DNA of 64,000 nt from an uncultured Gammaproteobacteria bacterium (GCA_964637955.1 CAZWXQ010000003.1:95154-159153), one strand, 5' to 3'. Positions 41,101 through 49,825 are shown, counted from the first letter of the stretch. Notes: generated from the sequence alone by a model not told the origin. Numbers and translations: made by a program.

Positions 41101-41342
41101 ATTTTGTAAATGTTCCAACAAAAATCGGAAATGCATGGATATTTCCAGTAGGAATTAATGACGCAGTTTGGTTCGCATTTAGGAATAAAGATGCGAAGGT
41201 TTTTGTGCATCAAGATCTTAAAAATGCACTTGATCAAGCAGGATATTATAAATCCAGGCCAATTCTTCAGTTTAATGAAGATGGTTCTGTAAAACAGATT
41301 GATAAATTTAGAGGAGTACCTCCGGAATTGATAAAGCCGTAG
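38139..41342 (+). CDS. Fusion membrane protein (1067 aa): N-terminal O-antigen ligase/Wzy_C-like domain plus C-terminal GT-C-like domain
   Basis: Residues ~1-520: multi-TM with a large loop and terminal 'LFGSGYGSVSLAVDNNYLRILGEIGIVGFLSF' (compare WaaL/Wzy_C 'GxGxG..HNxYLqxLxExGiiG'). Residues ~570-1067: a second multi-TM module starting 'YFVGDDFTWLRWAADPQG' (GT-C acidic loop motif) with a C-terminal soluble domain. Confidence 0.5.
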   Translation: MKKVLKLIWDNILFIETIFLLIFIPLYPKLPLLDIRNTWVYIRAEDFIVFFVLISWIILLIKEKITFKTPLTIPILLFWIIGAIATTHGVLLIFPEISNVYPNVAFLSLVRHIEYMSVFFIAFAAIKTKKQLNIVLATVVGTLVGVIFYGFGQKYLGFPAYLTMNEEFAKGVPLKLSELSRVPSTFAGHYDLAAYLVFVIPILISLFFGVKNWIIKIVLLVISFLGFILLFMTVSRVSFVVLFAALLVVFFFQKKKLVLLSIPLGIIFVVFLLTFQSSLFDRFKSTVSEVDVVVDAKTGESLGHVKFVDKGYLKDKLVLQNRVKDSKELAKAITDLEGNSEYYSSSSAILPFRYIPPEVPLVQSVNISNGESLGQGTGYINLYLSPVVKRIGNFYLELPPDFKSSPSAQFLVLHGDFIVKRASAYDLSFTTRFQGEWPHAIEAFKRNVLFGSGYGSVSLAVDNNYLRILGEIGIVGFLSFFLIFLSLAIYIRKVFPDIDSKFVKSYIIGFGAGVIGLALNATLIDVFEASKIAFLLWIMSGVTFGVLLLYQKTKFDLFDEIKKVATSTYAIIIYLFFACLLLFSPTLSNYFVGDDFTWLRWAADPQGSNFLSIVTNYFTKSDGFFYRPGTKLLFYLMYESFWLNQIMYHLVSMLLHFSVAALFYLLARKIFKNNVLAATSAFIFVILSGTAEAILWISSIGHLITAALGLLGLLFFTLWDEKKKIYYFIGTIISFSLALLFQEISIAFPLLIPAYILFKDTSLASLKSALKRWDFLALFIPVLIYLGMRFVSQSHWTGGDYSYNLILLPFNFIGNAVGYALLTLLGPLSISIYNILRNVMRENIVVAIIALPFIALFIYASYKFIYKSLNKNEKSIVIFGLLLFIITLLPVIGLGNIASRHAYFASMGLVLVFVLGLKKIYEYLLSSGKEIAIGTVVVIFSVFALFHIIQVQQSYFEWREAGNRVKNFFISYDALYESQWTSPEAQFHFVNVPTKIGNAWIFPVGINDAVWFAFRNKDAKVFVHQDLKNALDQAGYYKSRPILQFNEDGSVKQIDKFRGVPPELIKP

Positions 41343-41362
41343 CTTTAGATTAGAATAAATTA

Positions 41363-42838
41363 ATGAAAAGACTGACAATCCTTCTTTTTCTCGGAATTCT
41401 TGCCCTTGGATTTCTTCTTAGACTTTATAGATTTGATAATCCAATTGCAGATTGGCATTCGTGGCGTCAAGTTGATACATCTTCTGTTTCAAGAAATTTT
41501 GCTGAAAATGGATTTGATTTACTTCACCCAAAATATCATGATTTATCAAATGTTCCTTCAGGGAAAGAAAATCCAAATGGTTATAGGTTCGTAGAGTTCC
41601 CAATATATAATGTTTTTCAAGCCGGAGGTTTTAAGTTAATTGGAATCATGTCGCTTGAAGAATGGGGAAGATTGGTGACCATAATCACCTCACTCTTTTC
41701 AATTACTTTCATATTCTTGTTGCTTAGAAAATATGCTGATGACAAAGTGGCCCTTTTTTCATCATTTTTGTTTGCTGTTATTCCTTACAATATTTACTAT
41801 GGTCGAGTTGTATTGCCAGATCCACTTATGGTGACAGCTGTACTTGGTGGAATTTATTTCTTTGATTTATGGATAAATAATGGGAAAAAACTTAATTTAT
41901 CTAAAGAGATTTTATTTGCAATCTTAACTCTTATTTTTACCGTGGGTGCATTTTTACTAAAACCATATGCTTTGATTTTTACACTTCCAATCGTTGCTAT
42001 TGCATACAATGCTTATGGTTTTTCAATGTTTAAAAAATGGAAACTTTGGGTTTTTGGAGTTCTTGCTATTTTGCCATTGGTTTTTTGGAGAATATGGATG
42101 CTAAATTATCCAGAAGGAATTCCTGTAAGCGACTGGCTCTTGAATGGAGGAGGTATAAGATTCAAGGGAGCATTTTTTTATTGGATTTTTGAAAACAGAA
42201 TTGGTGGATTAATTTTAAGTTTCTGGGGAGCGGGACTACTTGTTATGGGGCTACTTATAAATTCTAATTCTGAAAAATCTTATGGATTCAAGAAAGGTCA
42301 AATGCTTATTTTTTGGTCGTTTTTAGTTTCATCATTGGCATATCTAGTTATAATTGCGAGGGGAAATGTTCAACATGATTATTATCAGATTCTAATTATG
42401 CCAACACTTGTAATCTTTGCAGGTCTTGGTGCAAAATTATTCATAGATCCACCTTTTGATTTAATTAAAAAATATGTAAGTTACCCAATGCTTGCGGTTA
42501 TTACTTTTTTCATGATAGCTTTTGGGTGGTACGGTGTTCGAGACTATTTTAATATAAATAGATCCTCAATTTTAGTTGCCGGTGCAGCAGCAGATAGATT
42601 GCTTCCAAAAGACGCTTTAGTAATAGCCAACTACGAAGGAGACACCACATTTCTATATCAAACGAAAAGAAGTGGTTGGGCAAGCTACACAAAGGAGCTT
42701 CCTGAAATGATCAATATGGGTGCAGATTATTTGATTTTAGCGGATCCTAAGGAATCAGATTTAGAATTTGGAAATACCTATAAAATAATAGATCAAAAAC
42801 CAGAATACATAATTTTTGATCTTCATCAAAATCCATGA
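41363..42838 (+). CDS. GT-C fold membrane glycosyltransferase (ArnT/PMT_2-like)
   Basis: 491 aa polytopic protein. 'LRLYRFDNPIADWHSWRQVDTSSVSRNF' is typical of GT39/83-type N-termini. Confidence 0.5.
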   Translation: MKRLTILLFLGILALGFLLRLYRFDNPIADWHSWRQVDTSSVSRNFAENGFDLLHPKYHDLSNVPSGKENPNGYRFVEFPIYNVFQAGGFKLIGIMSLEEWGRLVTIITSLFSITFIFLLLRKYADDKVALFSSFLFAVIPYNIYYGRVVLPDPLMVTAVLGGIYFFDLWINNGKKLNLSKEILFAILTLIFTVGAFLLKPYALIFTLPIVAIAYNAYGFSMFKKWKLWVFGVLAILPLVFWRIWMLNYPEGIPVSDWLLNGGGIRFKGAFFYWIFENRIGGLILSFWGAGLLVMGLLINSNSEKSYGFKKGQMLIFWSFLVSSLAYLVIIARGNVQHDYYQILIMPTLVIFAGLGAKLFIDPPFDLIKKYVSYPMLAVITFFMIAFGWYGVRDYFNINRSSILVAGAAADRLLPKDALVIANYEGDTTFLYQTKRSGWASYTKELPEMINMGADYLILADPKESDLEFGNTYKIIDQKPEYIIFDLHQNP

Positions 42839-44007
42839 AAATTTTAGTGGTTTCATCATACCTTCCATATCCGTTAATTGATGGAGGAAAAATAAGATTA
42901 TTTAATATTCTAAAAATTTTAAGCGAAAACCATGAAATAACTTTAATTTGCGAAAAAAGGTCAAATCAAACGCAAAAAGATATTGCGGAAGTTTCTAAGA
43001 TTTGCAAAAAAGTTATTTATGTGGAAAGACCAAAAGCATGGTCTATATCTAATGTTTCCAAATCGCTTTTAACATTAGATCCTCTGTTAACAATCACCCA
43101 CTCAAGCAGGGAAATGAAATCTAAAATTTCTCAAGAGTTAAAAAATGAAAACTACGATCTTATTCATATTGAAACTTTTTACGTCATGCAAAATTTACCC
43201 AAAACTAGTATTCCAATTGTTCTTGCGGAGCATAATATTGAATACCAAGTTTATGAAAAATACGCATCCAAGGCATCAATTCTGATTCGTCCTGGATTAA
43301 AGTTTGATATTTTCAAATTAAAAAGACGCGAAATTCAGGCTTGGAAAAGAGCATCTAAAGTAGTTTCTGTTTCTCCAAAAGAACAAAAATTAATTGGTCC
43401 TAAAACAGGTCTAGTGTCAAATGGAGTTGATTTAAATAGATTTAAATTTGTAAAGAAAAATTTAAACAAGAAAGAGAAAAAAGTACTATTCATCGGAAAT
43501 TTTAGTTGGGTTCAAAATCGTGATTCAGTAGCATTCATAATAAGAAATATTTGGCCAAAGATAATTTTAAAAAATGAAAATTATAAGCTTTGGATTGTTG
43601 GGAAAAAAATTCCAGATTCTTTAAAAGTTCTTTCAGATAAATCAATTATTTTTGATGAAAACGCTCCAAGTGAAACTGAACTAATTTTCCAGGAAGCAGA
43701 TCTTCTTCTTTCTCCAATCCGAGTTGGGGGTGGAACCAATTTTAAAATACTTGAATCAATGGCAGTTGGGACGCCCGTGATTACTAGCTTTCTTGGAAAT
43801 GAAGGGTTAAGCGCTCAAAATATGAGTGAAATTTTAATTGCAGAAAAACCCGAAGAGTATGCCAGACTTTCATCGCAAATTCTTAATGATAATTATCTAT
43901 ATGAAAAAATTACTAGAAATGCAAGGACATTTATTGAAGAAAATTATGATTGGGTTAAAATTACTCAAAAATTAGAATCAATTTATAAAGAGGTAGTGAG
44001 AAAATAA
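42835..44007 (+). CDS. Glycosyltransferase family 4
   Basis: 'GGGTNFKILESMAVGTPVITS'. Confidence 0.75.
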   Translation: MKILVVSSYLPYPLIDGGKIRLFNILKILSENHEITLICEKRSNQTQKDIAEVSKICKKVIYVERPKAWSISNVSKSLLTLDPLLTITHSSREMKSKISQELKNENYDLIHIETFYVMQNLPKTSIPIVLAEHNIEYQVYEKYASKASILIRPGLKFDIFKLKRREIQAWKRASKVVSVSPKEQKLIGPKTGLVSNGVDLNRFKFVKKNLNKKEKKVLFIGNFSWVQNRDSVAFIIRNIWPKIILKNENYKLWIVGKKIPDSLKVLSDKSIIFDENAPSETELIFQEADLLLSPIRVGGGTNFKILESMAVGTPVITSFLGNEGLSAQNMSEILIAEKPEEYARLSSQILNDNYLYEKITRNARTFIEENYDWVKITQKLESIYKEVVRK

Positions 44008-44048
44008 TCTTTCGACTTCCTTAGGGTTATATTAATTATGTTTGAATT

Positions 44049-44921
44049 ATGAAAAAACTGACAATTTCGATTGTTAATTACAACAGTGGTGAGTATCTGA
44101 TAAATTGTCTTGAGTCGTTGAGAAAAATAAATTCAGAATTAGAATTTGACGTTATCATTCTTGATAATGATTCCAGCGATGAAAGTTTCATTATTGCTAA
44201 AAATAAATTTCCACAATTTGAATTTATAGATAATGAAGATAATTTAGGATTTGGTAAAGCACATAATATAGCTTTAAAAAAAGCAAAAACGTCATATCTG
44301 TTAACGCTTAATCCGGACTGTGAAGTTCCACCTAAAACTCTCAAATTTATTTATGATTTTATGGAGGAAAATTCTGATGTAGGAGTGGCAACGAGTAAGG
44401 TTGAAAAAGCAGATGGAACACTCGATATTGCTTCTCACAGAGGATTCCCGACTCCTAGAGCATCTTTCAAATATTTTTTTCTCAAAGACGATAAAGAGTA
44501 TCACCTGACAGATCGCGATATGAACGAAACACATGAAATCGACTCCGCTGTTGGAGCATTTATGTTTATGAGAAAAGAAGTGCTAGATAAAGTGGGATAT
44601 TTTGATGAAGATTATTTTCTTTATGGAGAAGATTTAGATTTATGTTTTAGGATTAAAAAAGCTGGATTTAAAGTAATCTATATACCGCAGGTAAAAGTGT
44701 TACACATAAAAGGAGTTTCTTCAGGAATTAAAAAGCATAGTCAGAATGTTTCCGGGGCAAATGAAAAAACAAAAAGCTTATCTACTTTTTATTTTTATGA
44801 CACAATGAAGATTTTTTACAAAAAACATTATGCAAAAAATTATCCGGGAATTTTTAACTGGTTTATTTATAGGGGAATTGATCTCAAACTTTTTATGGCA
44901 AAAAGAAAGAAAAATGTATGA
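44049..44921 (+). CDS. Glycosyltransferase family 2
   Basis: 'LTISIVNYNSGEYLINCLESL...DVIILDNDSSDES', 'GEDLDLCFR'. Confidence 0.75.
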   Translation: MKKLTISIVNYNSGEYLINCLESLRKINSELEFDVIILDNDSSDESFIIAKNKFPQFEFIDNEDNLGFGKAHNIALKKAKTSYLLTLNPDCEVPPKTLKFIYDFMEENSDVGVATSKVEKADGTLDIASHRGFPTPRASFKYFFLKDDKEYHLTDRDMNETHEIDSAVGAFMFMRKEVLDKVGYFDEDYFLYGEDLDLCFRIKKAGFKVIYIPQVKVLHIKGVSSGIKKHSQNVSGANEKTKSLSTFYFYDTMKIFYKKHYAKNYPGIFNWFIYRGIDLKLFMAKRKKNV

Positions 44922-46051
44922 CTATCGGAATTGATGCTAGGCTTTGGAATCAAACTGGAGTAGGAAGATATATAAGAAATTTGACTCTTAATTTACTTGA
45001 TATCGACAAAGAAAATAGTTATGTCTTATTTGTAAGAGCGTTAGATAGAGATGAAATCGAGAGTCAAATTTCTAAATTTAAAATTAAAAATTTAAAATTA
45101 GAAATTGTTATTGCCAATATTGCTTGGCATTCTCTTAAAGAGCAATTAAATTTCCCAAAAATAATTGATAAAGAAAATGTTGACGTAATGCATTTCACTT
45201 ATCAGCAAAGTGTCCCGATCTTTTATAAAAAACCCTATGTAATTACGATTCATGATTTAATAAAACATCATTATATAACCGGAAGATCTTCCACTAATCC
45301 ATATTGGCTTTTGGGATTTAAAATGATTGCGTATAAAACGCTTATAAATATCGGAAGTAAGAATGCAAATAAAATCATTGCTGTTTCCCAGAGTACAAGA
45401 GATGAGATAGTTGATCACCTCACTGTCAATAAAAGAAATATAGATGTAATTTATGAAGGGGTTGATGATTTTAAAATCTCAAAACCTGGAAAAAATGAAA
45501 TTGGGGATTATTTTTTATTTGTTGGAAATGTGTTTCAGCATAAAAATACAAATAATCTCATTAAAGCTTTTAAAAAAGTAATAGAAGCAAAAGATGTTAA
45601 ATTAGTTTTTCTTGGGAGACAGGATTATTTCTTAGAAAAACTTAAAAAGGATGTTAAAAAATTAATTGATTCAAATCAGATAATGTTTATAGAAAGTGCA
45701 AGCGATAGTGAAATGGCCACTTTGTATAAAAACTCAATCTGCTTGATTCGTCCATCTTTTATGGAGGGTTTTAGTCTTCCTCCTCTTGAGGCTTTTGAAT
45801 CTGGTACTTTGGCACTTGTTTCTGATATTCCAGTACACAAAGAAATTCTTAAAGACTTTGCAATTTATTTTAATCCGAGAGACTTCGTTGACATGGAAAG
45901 CAAAATGAATTATGTTTTAAGTCTAGATAAAAAGAAGCGCGAAGCAATGATTAAAAATGGCAAGAATCTTGCAGATAAATTTTCTTGGAAAAAAACAGCA
46001 GAAGAGACGCTTAAAGTTTATGAAAATATATTTTCTTTAAATTCAATCTGA
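44918..46051 (+). CDS. Glycosyltransferase family 4
   Basis: 'MTIGIDARLWNQTGVGRY' N-domain and 'SFMEGFSLPPLEAFESGT' C-motif. Confidence 0.75.
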   Translation: MTIGIDARLWNQTGVGRYIRNLTLNLLDIDKENSYVLFVRALDRDEIESQISKFKIKNLKLEIVIANIAWHSLKEQLNFPKIIDKENVDVMHFTYQQSVPIFYKKPYVITIHDLIKHHYITGRSSTNPYWLLGFKMIAYKTLINIGSKNANKIIAVSQSTRDEIVDHLTVNKRNIDVIYEGVDDFKISKPGKNEIGDYFLFVGNVFQHKNTNNLIKAFKKVIEAKDVKLVFLGRQDYFLEKLKKDVKKLIDSNQIMFIESASDSEMATLYKNSICLIRPSFMEGFSLPPLEAFESGTLALVSDIPVHKEILKDFAIYFNPRDFVDMESKMNYVLSLDKKKREAMIKNGKNLADKFSWKKTAEETLKVYENIFSLNSI

Positions 46052-46069
46052 TATCTTCTTAAGACAGAA

Positions 46070-47149
46070 ATGAAAGTTGCGATAGTTTATGACAGGTTAA
46101 ATAAGTGGGGTGGTGCAGAAAGAGTTCTCTTAGCGCTGCATAAAATATTTCCAGAAGCTCCTCTTTTTACCTCAGTTTACAGTAAAGATGGAACTGCTTG
46201 GGCGGATTCTTTCGATGTGAAACCATCTTTTCTTCAGAATTTAAAATTTATGCAAAAACATAATGAAATGCTTGCGCTTCTAATGCCAGTTTCATTTGAG
46301 TCATTTAATTTTGATGAGTATGATTTGGTTATTTCTGTAACGAGTGAGTCTGCAAATGGAATTATTACTAAGCCTGGTACACTTCATGTTTGTTACTGTC
46401 TCACCCCCACAAGGTACCTGTGGAGCGGGTATGATGAGTATTTTAGAGGAGGATTTATGAAAACTATGTCATTGCCTGCGTTAAAATACTTGAGGCGATG
46501 GGATAAATTATCTTCTTCTAGGCCTGATGATTATATTGCTATATCTACTGAGGTGAAGAATAGAATAAAGAAATTTTATGATAAGGATTCCGAAATAATT
46601 TTCCCGCCAGTTATGATTGATCAAAAGGTTTTAAAAAAAGAAAAAAGCGAGGATTTTTATCTCCTAGTCTCAAGATTGTCGCGTCTTTCTTATTATAAAA
46701 AGGTTGATTTGGCGATCGATGCATTTAATAAAACTGGTTTAAATCTGAAAATTGTTGGAAGTGGTCCACTTGAAAAAAAACTTAAGAAAAATGCACGAAG
46801 TAATATAGAATTTTTAGGGCATTTGACAGATGATGCACTTAGCTATTACTATGAAAAGTGCAAAGCTTTAGTGTTTCCAGGTCTCGAAGATTTTGGACTC
46901 GTAATGGCAGAAGCACAGTTATTTGGAAAGCCTGTTATAGCATATGGAGCAGGTGGAGCTCTTGATATAGTAAAAGATGGAAAGACTGGAAAATTGTTTT
47001 ATAAGCAGGAAACAGATGTGCTTGTCAATGCATTGAAAAGCTTCGATGAAAGTGTTTATAATAAGCGGGATATTCAAGAAAGCGCGAAGAGATTTAGCTT
47101 TGAAAAGTTCAAGTTAGATTTAGAAAATTATATAAGTAAAAGAATATAA
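46070..47149 (+). CDS. Glycosyltransferase family 4
   Basis: 'GLEDFGLVMAEAQLFGKPVIAYGAGGALDIV'. Confidence 0.7.
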   Translation: MKVAIVYDRLNKWGGAERVLLALHKIFPEAPLFTSVYSKDGTAWADSFDVKPSFLQNLKFMQKHNEMLALLMPVSFESFNFDEYDLVISVTSESANGIITKPGTLHVCYCLTPTRYLWSGYDEYFRGGFMKTMSLPALKYLRRWDKLSSSRPDDYIAISTEVKNRIKKFYDKDSEIIFPPVMIDQKVLKKEKSEDFYLLVSRLSRLSYYKKVDLAIDAFNKTGLNLKIVGSGPLEKKLKKNARSNIEFLGHLTDDALSYYYEKCKALVFPGLEDFGLVMAEAQLFGKPVIAYGAGGALDIVKDGKTGKLFYKQETDVLVNALKSFDESVYNKRDIQESAKRFSFEKFKLDLENYISKRI

Positions 47150-47151
47150 AT

Positions 47152-48237
47152 ATGAAAGTTGTTATTTTTGCAGGGGGAGTAGGAACAAGACTTTGGCCAT
47201 TGAGCCGAAAAAATTCCCCAAAGCAATTTGAAAAAATTGTTGGTGATAATTCGATGATTCAAATTGCGGTAAATAAATTAATGCCCGATTTCTCGTGGAA
47301 CGATATTTACATCTCTACGGGTAAAGACTATGCAAGTTTGTTAAAAGATCAGCTTCCAAATCTTCCTGAAGAAAATATTATAGTTGAGCCTGCAACTCGT
47401 GATGTAGGTCCAGCGGTGGGTTTAGTTACAGCAAAATTTGTTAAAGAGTTTCCAGATGAGCCTTTTGCGATTCTTTGGGGAAGTGACCATTTGGTAAAAG
47501 AGGAAGATTTATTTAGAAGAACACTTCTTGCTGCAGAGCAAGTGGTTAAAGACGATTCGAATAAGATCGTATTTGTAGGTCAAAAGCCAAGATTTGCAAG
47601 TCAGAATTTGGGATATATAGAATTTGGCGATAAAATATCTGAAGTAAATGGAACTTCTGTTTTTGAATTTAGCGGATTTAAGTATAGACCCGACCTTGAA
47701 ACAGCGGAAGAGTTTTTAAATGATGGAAAGCACTCATGGAACTTGGGTTACTTCGTAACTACTCCTAAATTTCTTTGGAAATGTTTTGAGCAGTCAGAGC
47801 CAGGTCTTTTTGCTCAGCTTTCAGAAATTAATAAAGCTGTTGGAACTGATAAATTTGACCAAGTTTTAAATGAAATTTATCCTACCATTGATAAGATTTC
47901 ATTTGATAATGCAATTTTAGAGAAACTTGATAAGAAATTTGGAAATGTTATTTCAGTAGATATGGGATGGAGCGATATTGGGGCATGGGAAGCATTAAAA
48001 GAGGCTCTCTCTGAATCCGCGGATGAAAATGTTACGAAAGGACACGTCATGATTGAAGATTCACGTGACAGCTTGATGTTTAATTATACTAAGCAACTTG
48101 TTGTAGGAATTGATTTGGAAGAAATGCTCGTAATTAGTACTGATGATGTTGTCTTGGTGTGCCCCAAAACTTCGGTTCCAAAAATAAAAAAACTTGTTGA
48201 GAGTTTAGCAGGAACTCCCCTTGAGCATCTTACTTAA
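47152..48237 (+). CDS. manC: Mannose-1-phosphate guanylyltransferase (nucleotidyltransferase domain only, no PMI domain)
   Basis: 'MKVVIFAGGVGTRLWPLSRKNSPKQF' and 'VDMGWSDIGAWEAL' match ManC/GMP motifs ('GGSGSRLWPLSR', 'MDAGWSDVGSW'). Confidence 0.75.
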   Translation: MKVVIFAGGVGTRLWPLSRKNSPKQFEKIVGDNSMIQIAVNKLMPDFSWNDIYISTGKDYASLLKDQLPNLPEENIIVEPATRDVGPAVGLVTAKFVKEFPDEPFAILWGSDHLVKEEDLFRRTLLAAEQVVKDDSNKIVFVGQKPRFASQNLGYIEFGDKISEVNGTSVFEFSGFKYRPDLETAEEFLNDGKHSWNLGYFVTTPKFLWKCFEQSEPGLFAQLSEINKAVGTDKFDQVLNEIYPTIDKISFDNAILEKLDKKFGNVISVDMGWSDIGAWEALKEALSESADENVTKGHVMIEDSRDSLMFNYTKQLVVGIDLEEMLVISTDDVVLVCPKTSVPKIKKLVESLAGTPLEHLT

Positions 48238-48240
48238 TTT

Positions 48241-48906
48241 ATGCCCTACGTTGAAATAAAAAAAAGCTTTTTTTACGAAACTATTAAAAGGGTTATTGAT
48301 ATAGTTTTATCTATTGTTTTAATACTTTTATTTTCTCCAGTTATTATTATTGTTGCTATTGCAATAAAAATAAATTCTAAAGGTCCTATTCTTGCAGATA
48401 CACCAGAGAGGGTAGGAAGAAGTGGAACTTTATTTAAGATGTATAAGTTTCGCTCCATGGTCGAGAATGCACATGAATTGCTTCGTGAAGACCCTGAATT
48501 TGCACAGCTTTATAAGGACTATAAAAAAGGTAGTTATAAATTAAAAGATGACCCAAGAATTACTGGAGTTGGTCATTTCATTAGAAAGCACTCTCTTGAT
48601 GAAGTGCCTCAATTTTTTAATATTTTAAAAGGGGAGATGAGTTTAGTCGGACCCCGAGCATACTATCCTGATGAATTACGTGATCAGCAGTTAAGATATC
48701 CGCACACAAGAGAATCAGTAAAAGTCGTGCTTTCTGTGCGTCCTGGTGTAACCGGCTTCTGGCAGGTTTCAGGAAGAAGTGAGATAAACTTTGATAAAAG
48801 AATAGAAATGGATGCCGAATATGTTAAAAAAAGATCAATTATTTATGACATGAAGCTTATCTTCAGAACCCCAGGTGCCATGATCTCCGGTAAAGGCGCA
48901 CTTTAG
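48241..48906 (+). CDS. Small monotopic polyprenyl-phosphate phosphoglycosyltransferase (PglC/WbaP C-domain type 'bacterial sugar transferase')
   Basis: 'KGPILADTPERVGRSGTLFKMYKFRSM' and 'DEVPQFFNILKGEMSLVGPR' signature; 221 aa with one N-terminal membrane helix. Confidence 0.85.
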   Translation: MPYVEIKKSFFYETIKRVIDIVLSIVLILLFSPVIIIVAIAIKINSKGPILADTPERVGRSGTLFKMYKFRSMVENAHELLREDPEFAQLYKDYKKGSYKLKDDPRITGVGHFIRKHSLDEVPQFFNILKGEMSLVGPRAYYPDELRDQQLRYPHTRESVKVVLSVRPGVTGFWQVSGRSEINFDKRIEMDAEYVKKRSIIYDMKLIFRTPGAMISGKGAL

Positions 48907-48907
48907 A

Positions 48908-48936
48908 TTGACACGGCAGGTGAATCGTGATAAATT
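48908..48936 (+). promoter_or_regulatory. Sigma70-like promoter candidate: TTGACA (48908-48913), 17-nt spacer, TAAATT (48931-48936). ATG at 48945, only 8 nt downstream, so leaderless-type.
   Basis: Hexamers and spacing read directly; no SD possible in the 8-nt gap. Confidence 0.4.
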
Positions 48937-48944
48937 GTCTGATT

Positions 48945-49787
48945 ATGGCAAGTGAAGAAGGAAGATTAATTAGTGACCAAAGTGGATTTGTAGCAATTGG
49001 AGTAAATCCTCCCAGTGAGCAAGAACTATCTGACTCAGTAGATATTCTTTTACCGGTTCCTAATCTCAGACAAGAAGCTTATGCTGTTTTGTCAAACGCA
49101 AGACCTCCTACGCAGGAAGAAAAAAGAGCGTTTGGATCTCAGTGGGAGTTTTATAATACAGAACCACTTTCAGTAAGACAGATATTGGCTCGAGCACAGG
49201 GAGTCGACCTTTATGGGGAAGATGAAGCATTACGTAGGTACTATCTGGATAGTGGTTATGTTCCTGCGGCTCTTACAGTAGCTTTTCAAACCGCTTTATA
49301 TGATCAAAGAGCGGGAGACCTAACTGTAACTAACGATTTTACGCCACTTCCTCAGCAGTTAGATCAAATCGAAGAGCTTTCAAGGCAGGCTCAAAGCATA
49401 GCTCCTGACGCGCGTCTAATTATGCCACCTGCATCTGTGTATTTGCAGGCAGCGATTCAAAGCTTTCGAAGAACAGGTCACCCCATAAACACAAGATCAC
49501 GTTTTGTTACTTCCGAGAAGACGACTAGAGGCATGAATTACGTAACAGTGCTAGACGCGACTGATCCAGGTTCCGTTGGAGCTGTTAAGACCACTATTTC
49601 TAATCGTCTTGATCGAAGAAGATCCAGTAATCAGACGCTTATGAGCTTAGAAGTTTTTGGACACGATCCCAGGAATCCAGATTTTCCGCTCCAAATGGAT
49701 ATAGATTTTAATGGTTGGCAAACTGTTGTGGGTGGATCAGCTGCAGTTCCAGCTTTAGTTTTTGTTAATCCTCGTATGCAAGCCTAG
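48945..49787 (+). CDS. Hypothetical protein, compositional outlier (Q/R/A/P-rich, only a few Lys). ORF-track start 48927 is a GTG inside the promoter; the ATG at 48945 is preferred.
   Basis: 280 aa with no TM and no motif recognised. Visibly higher GC and different amino-acid usage than every neighbour. Confidence 0.4.
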   Translation: MASEEGRLISDQSGFVAIGVNPPSEQELSDSVDILLPVPNLRQEAYAVLSNARPPTQEEKRAFGSQWEFYNTEPLSVRQILARAQGVDLYGEDEALRRYYLDSGYVPAALTVAFQTALYDQRAGDLTVTNDFTPLPQQLDQIEELSRQAQSIAPDARLIMPPASVYLQAAIQSFRRTGHPINTRSRFVTSEKTTRGMNYVTVLDATDPGSVGAVKTTISNRLDRRRSSNQTLMSLEVFGHDPRNPDFPLQMDIDFNGWQTVVGGSAAVPALVFVNPRMQA

Positions 49788-49789
49788 AT

Positions 49790-49819
49790 TTGACACGCCT
49801 TAAGCTTAATTAGTAAAAT
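49790..49819 (+). promoter_or_regulatory. Sigma70-like promoter candidate: TTGACA (49790-49795), 18-nt spacer, TAAAAT (49814-49819). ATG at 49826, 6 nt downstream (leaderless-type).
   Basis: Read directly from the sequence. Confidence 0.4.
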
Positions 49820-49825
49820 ATCTAG

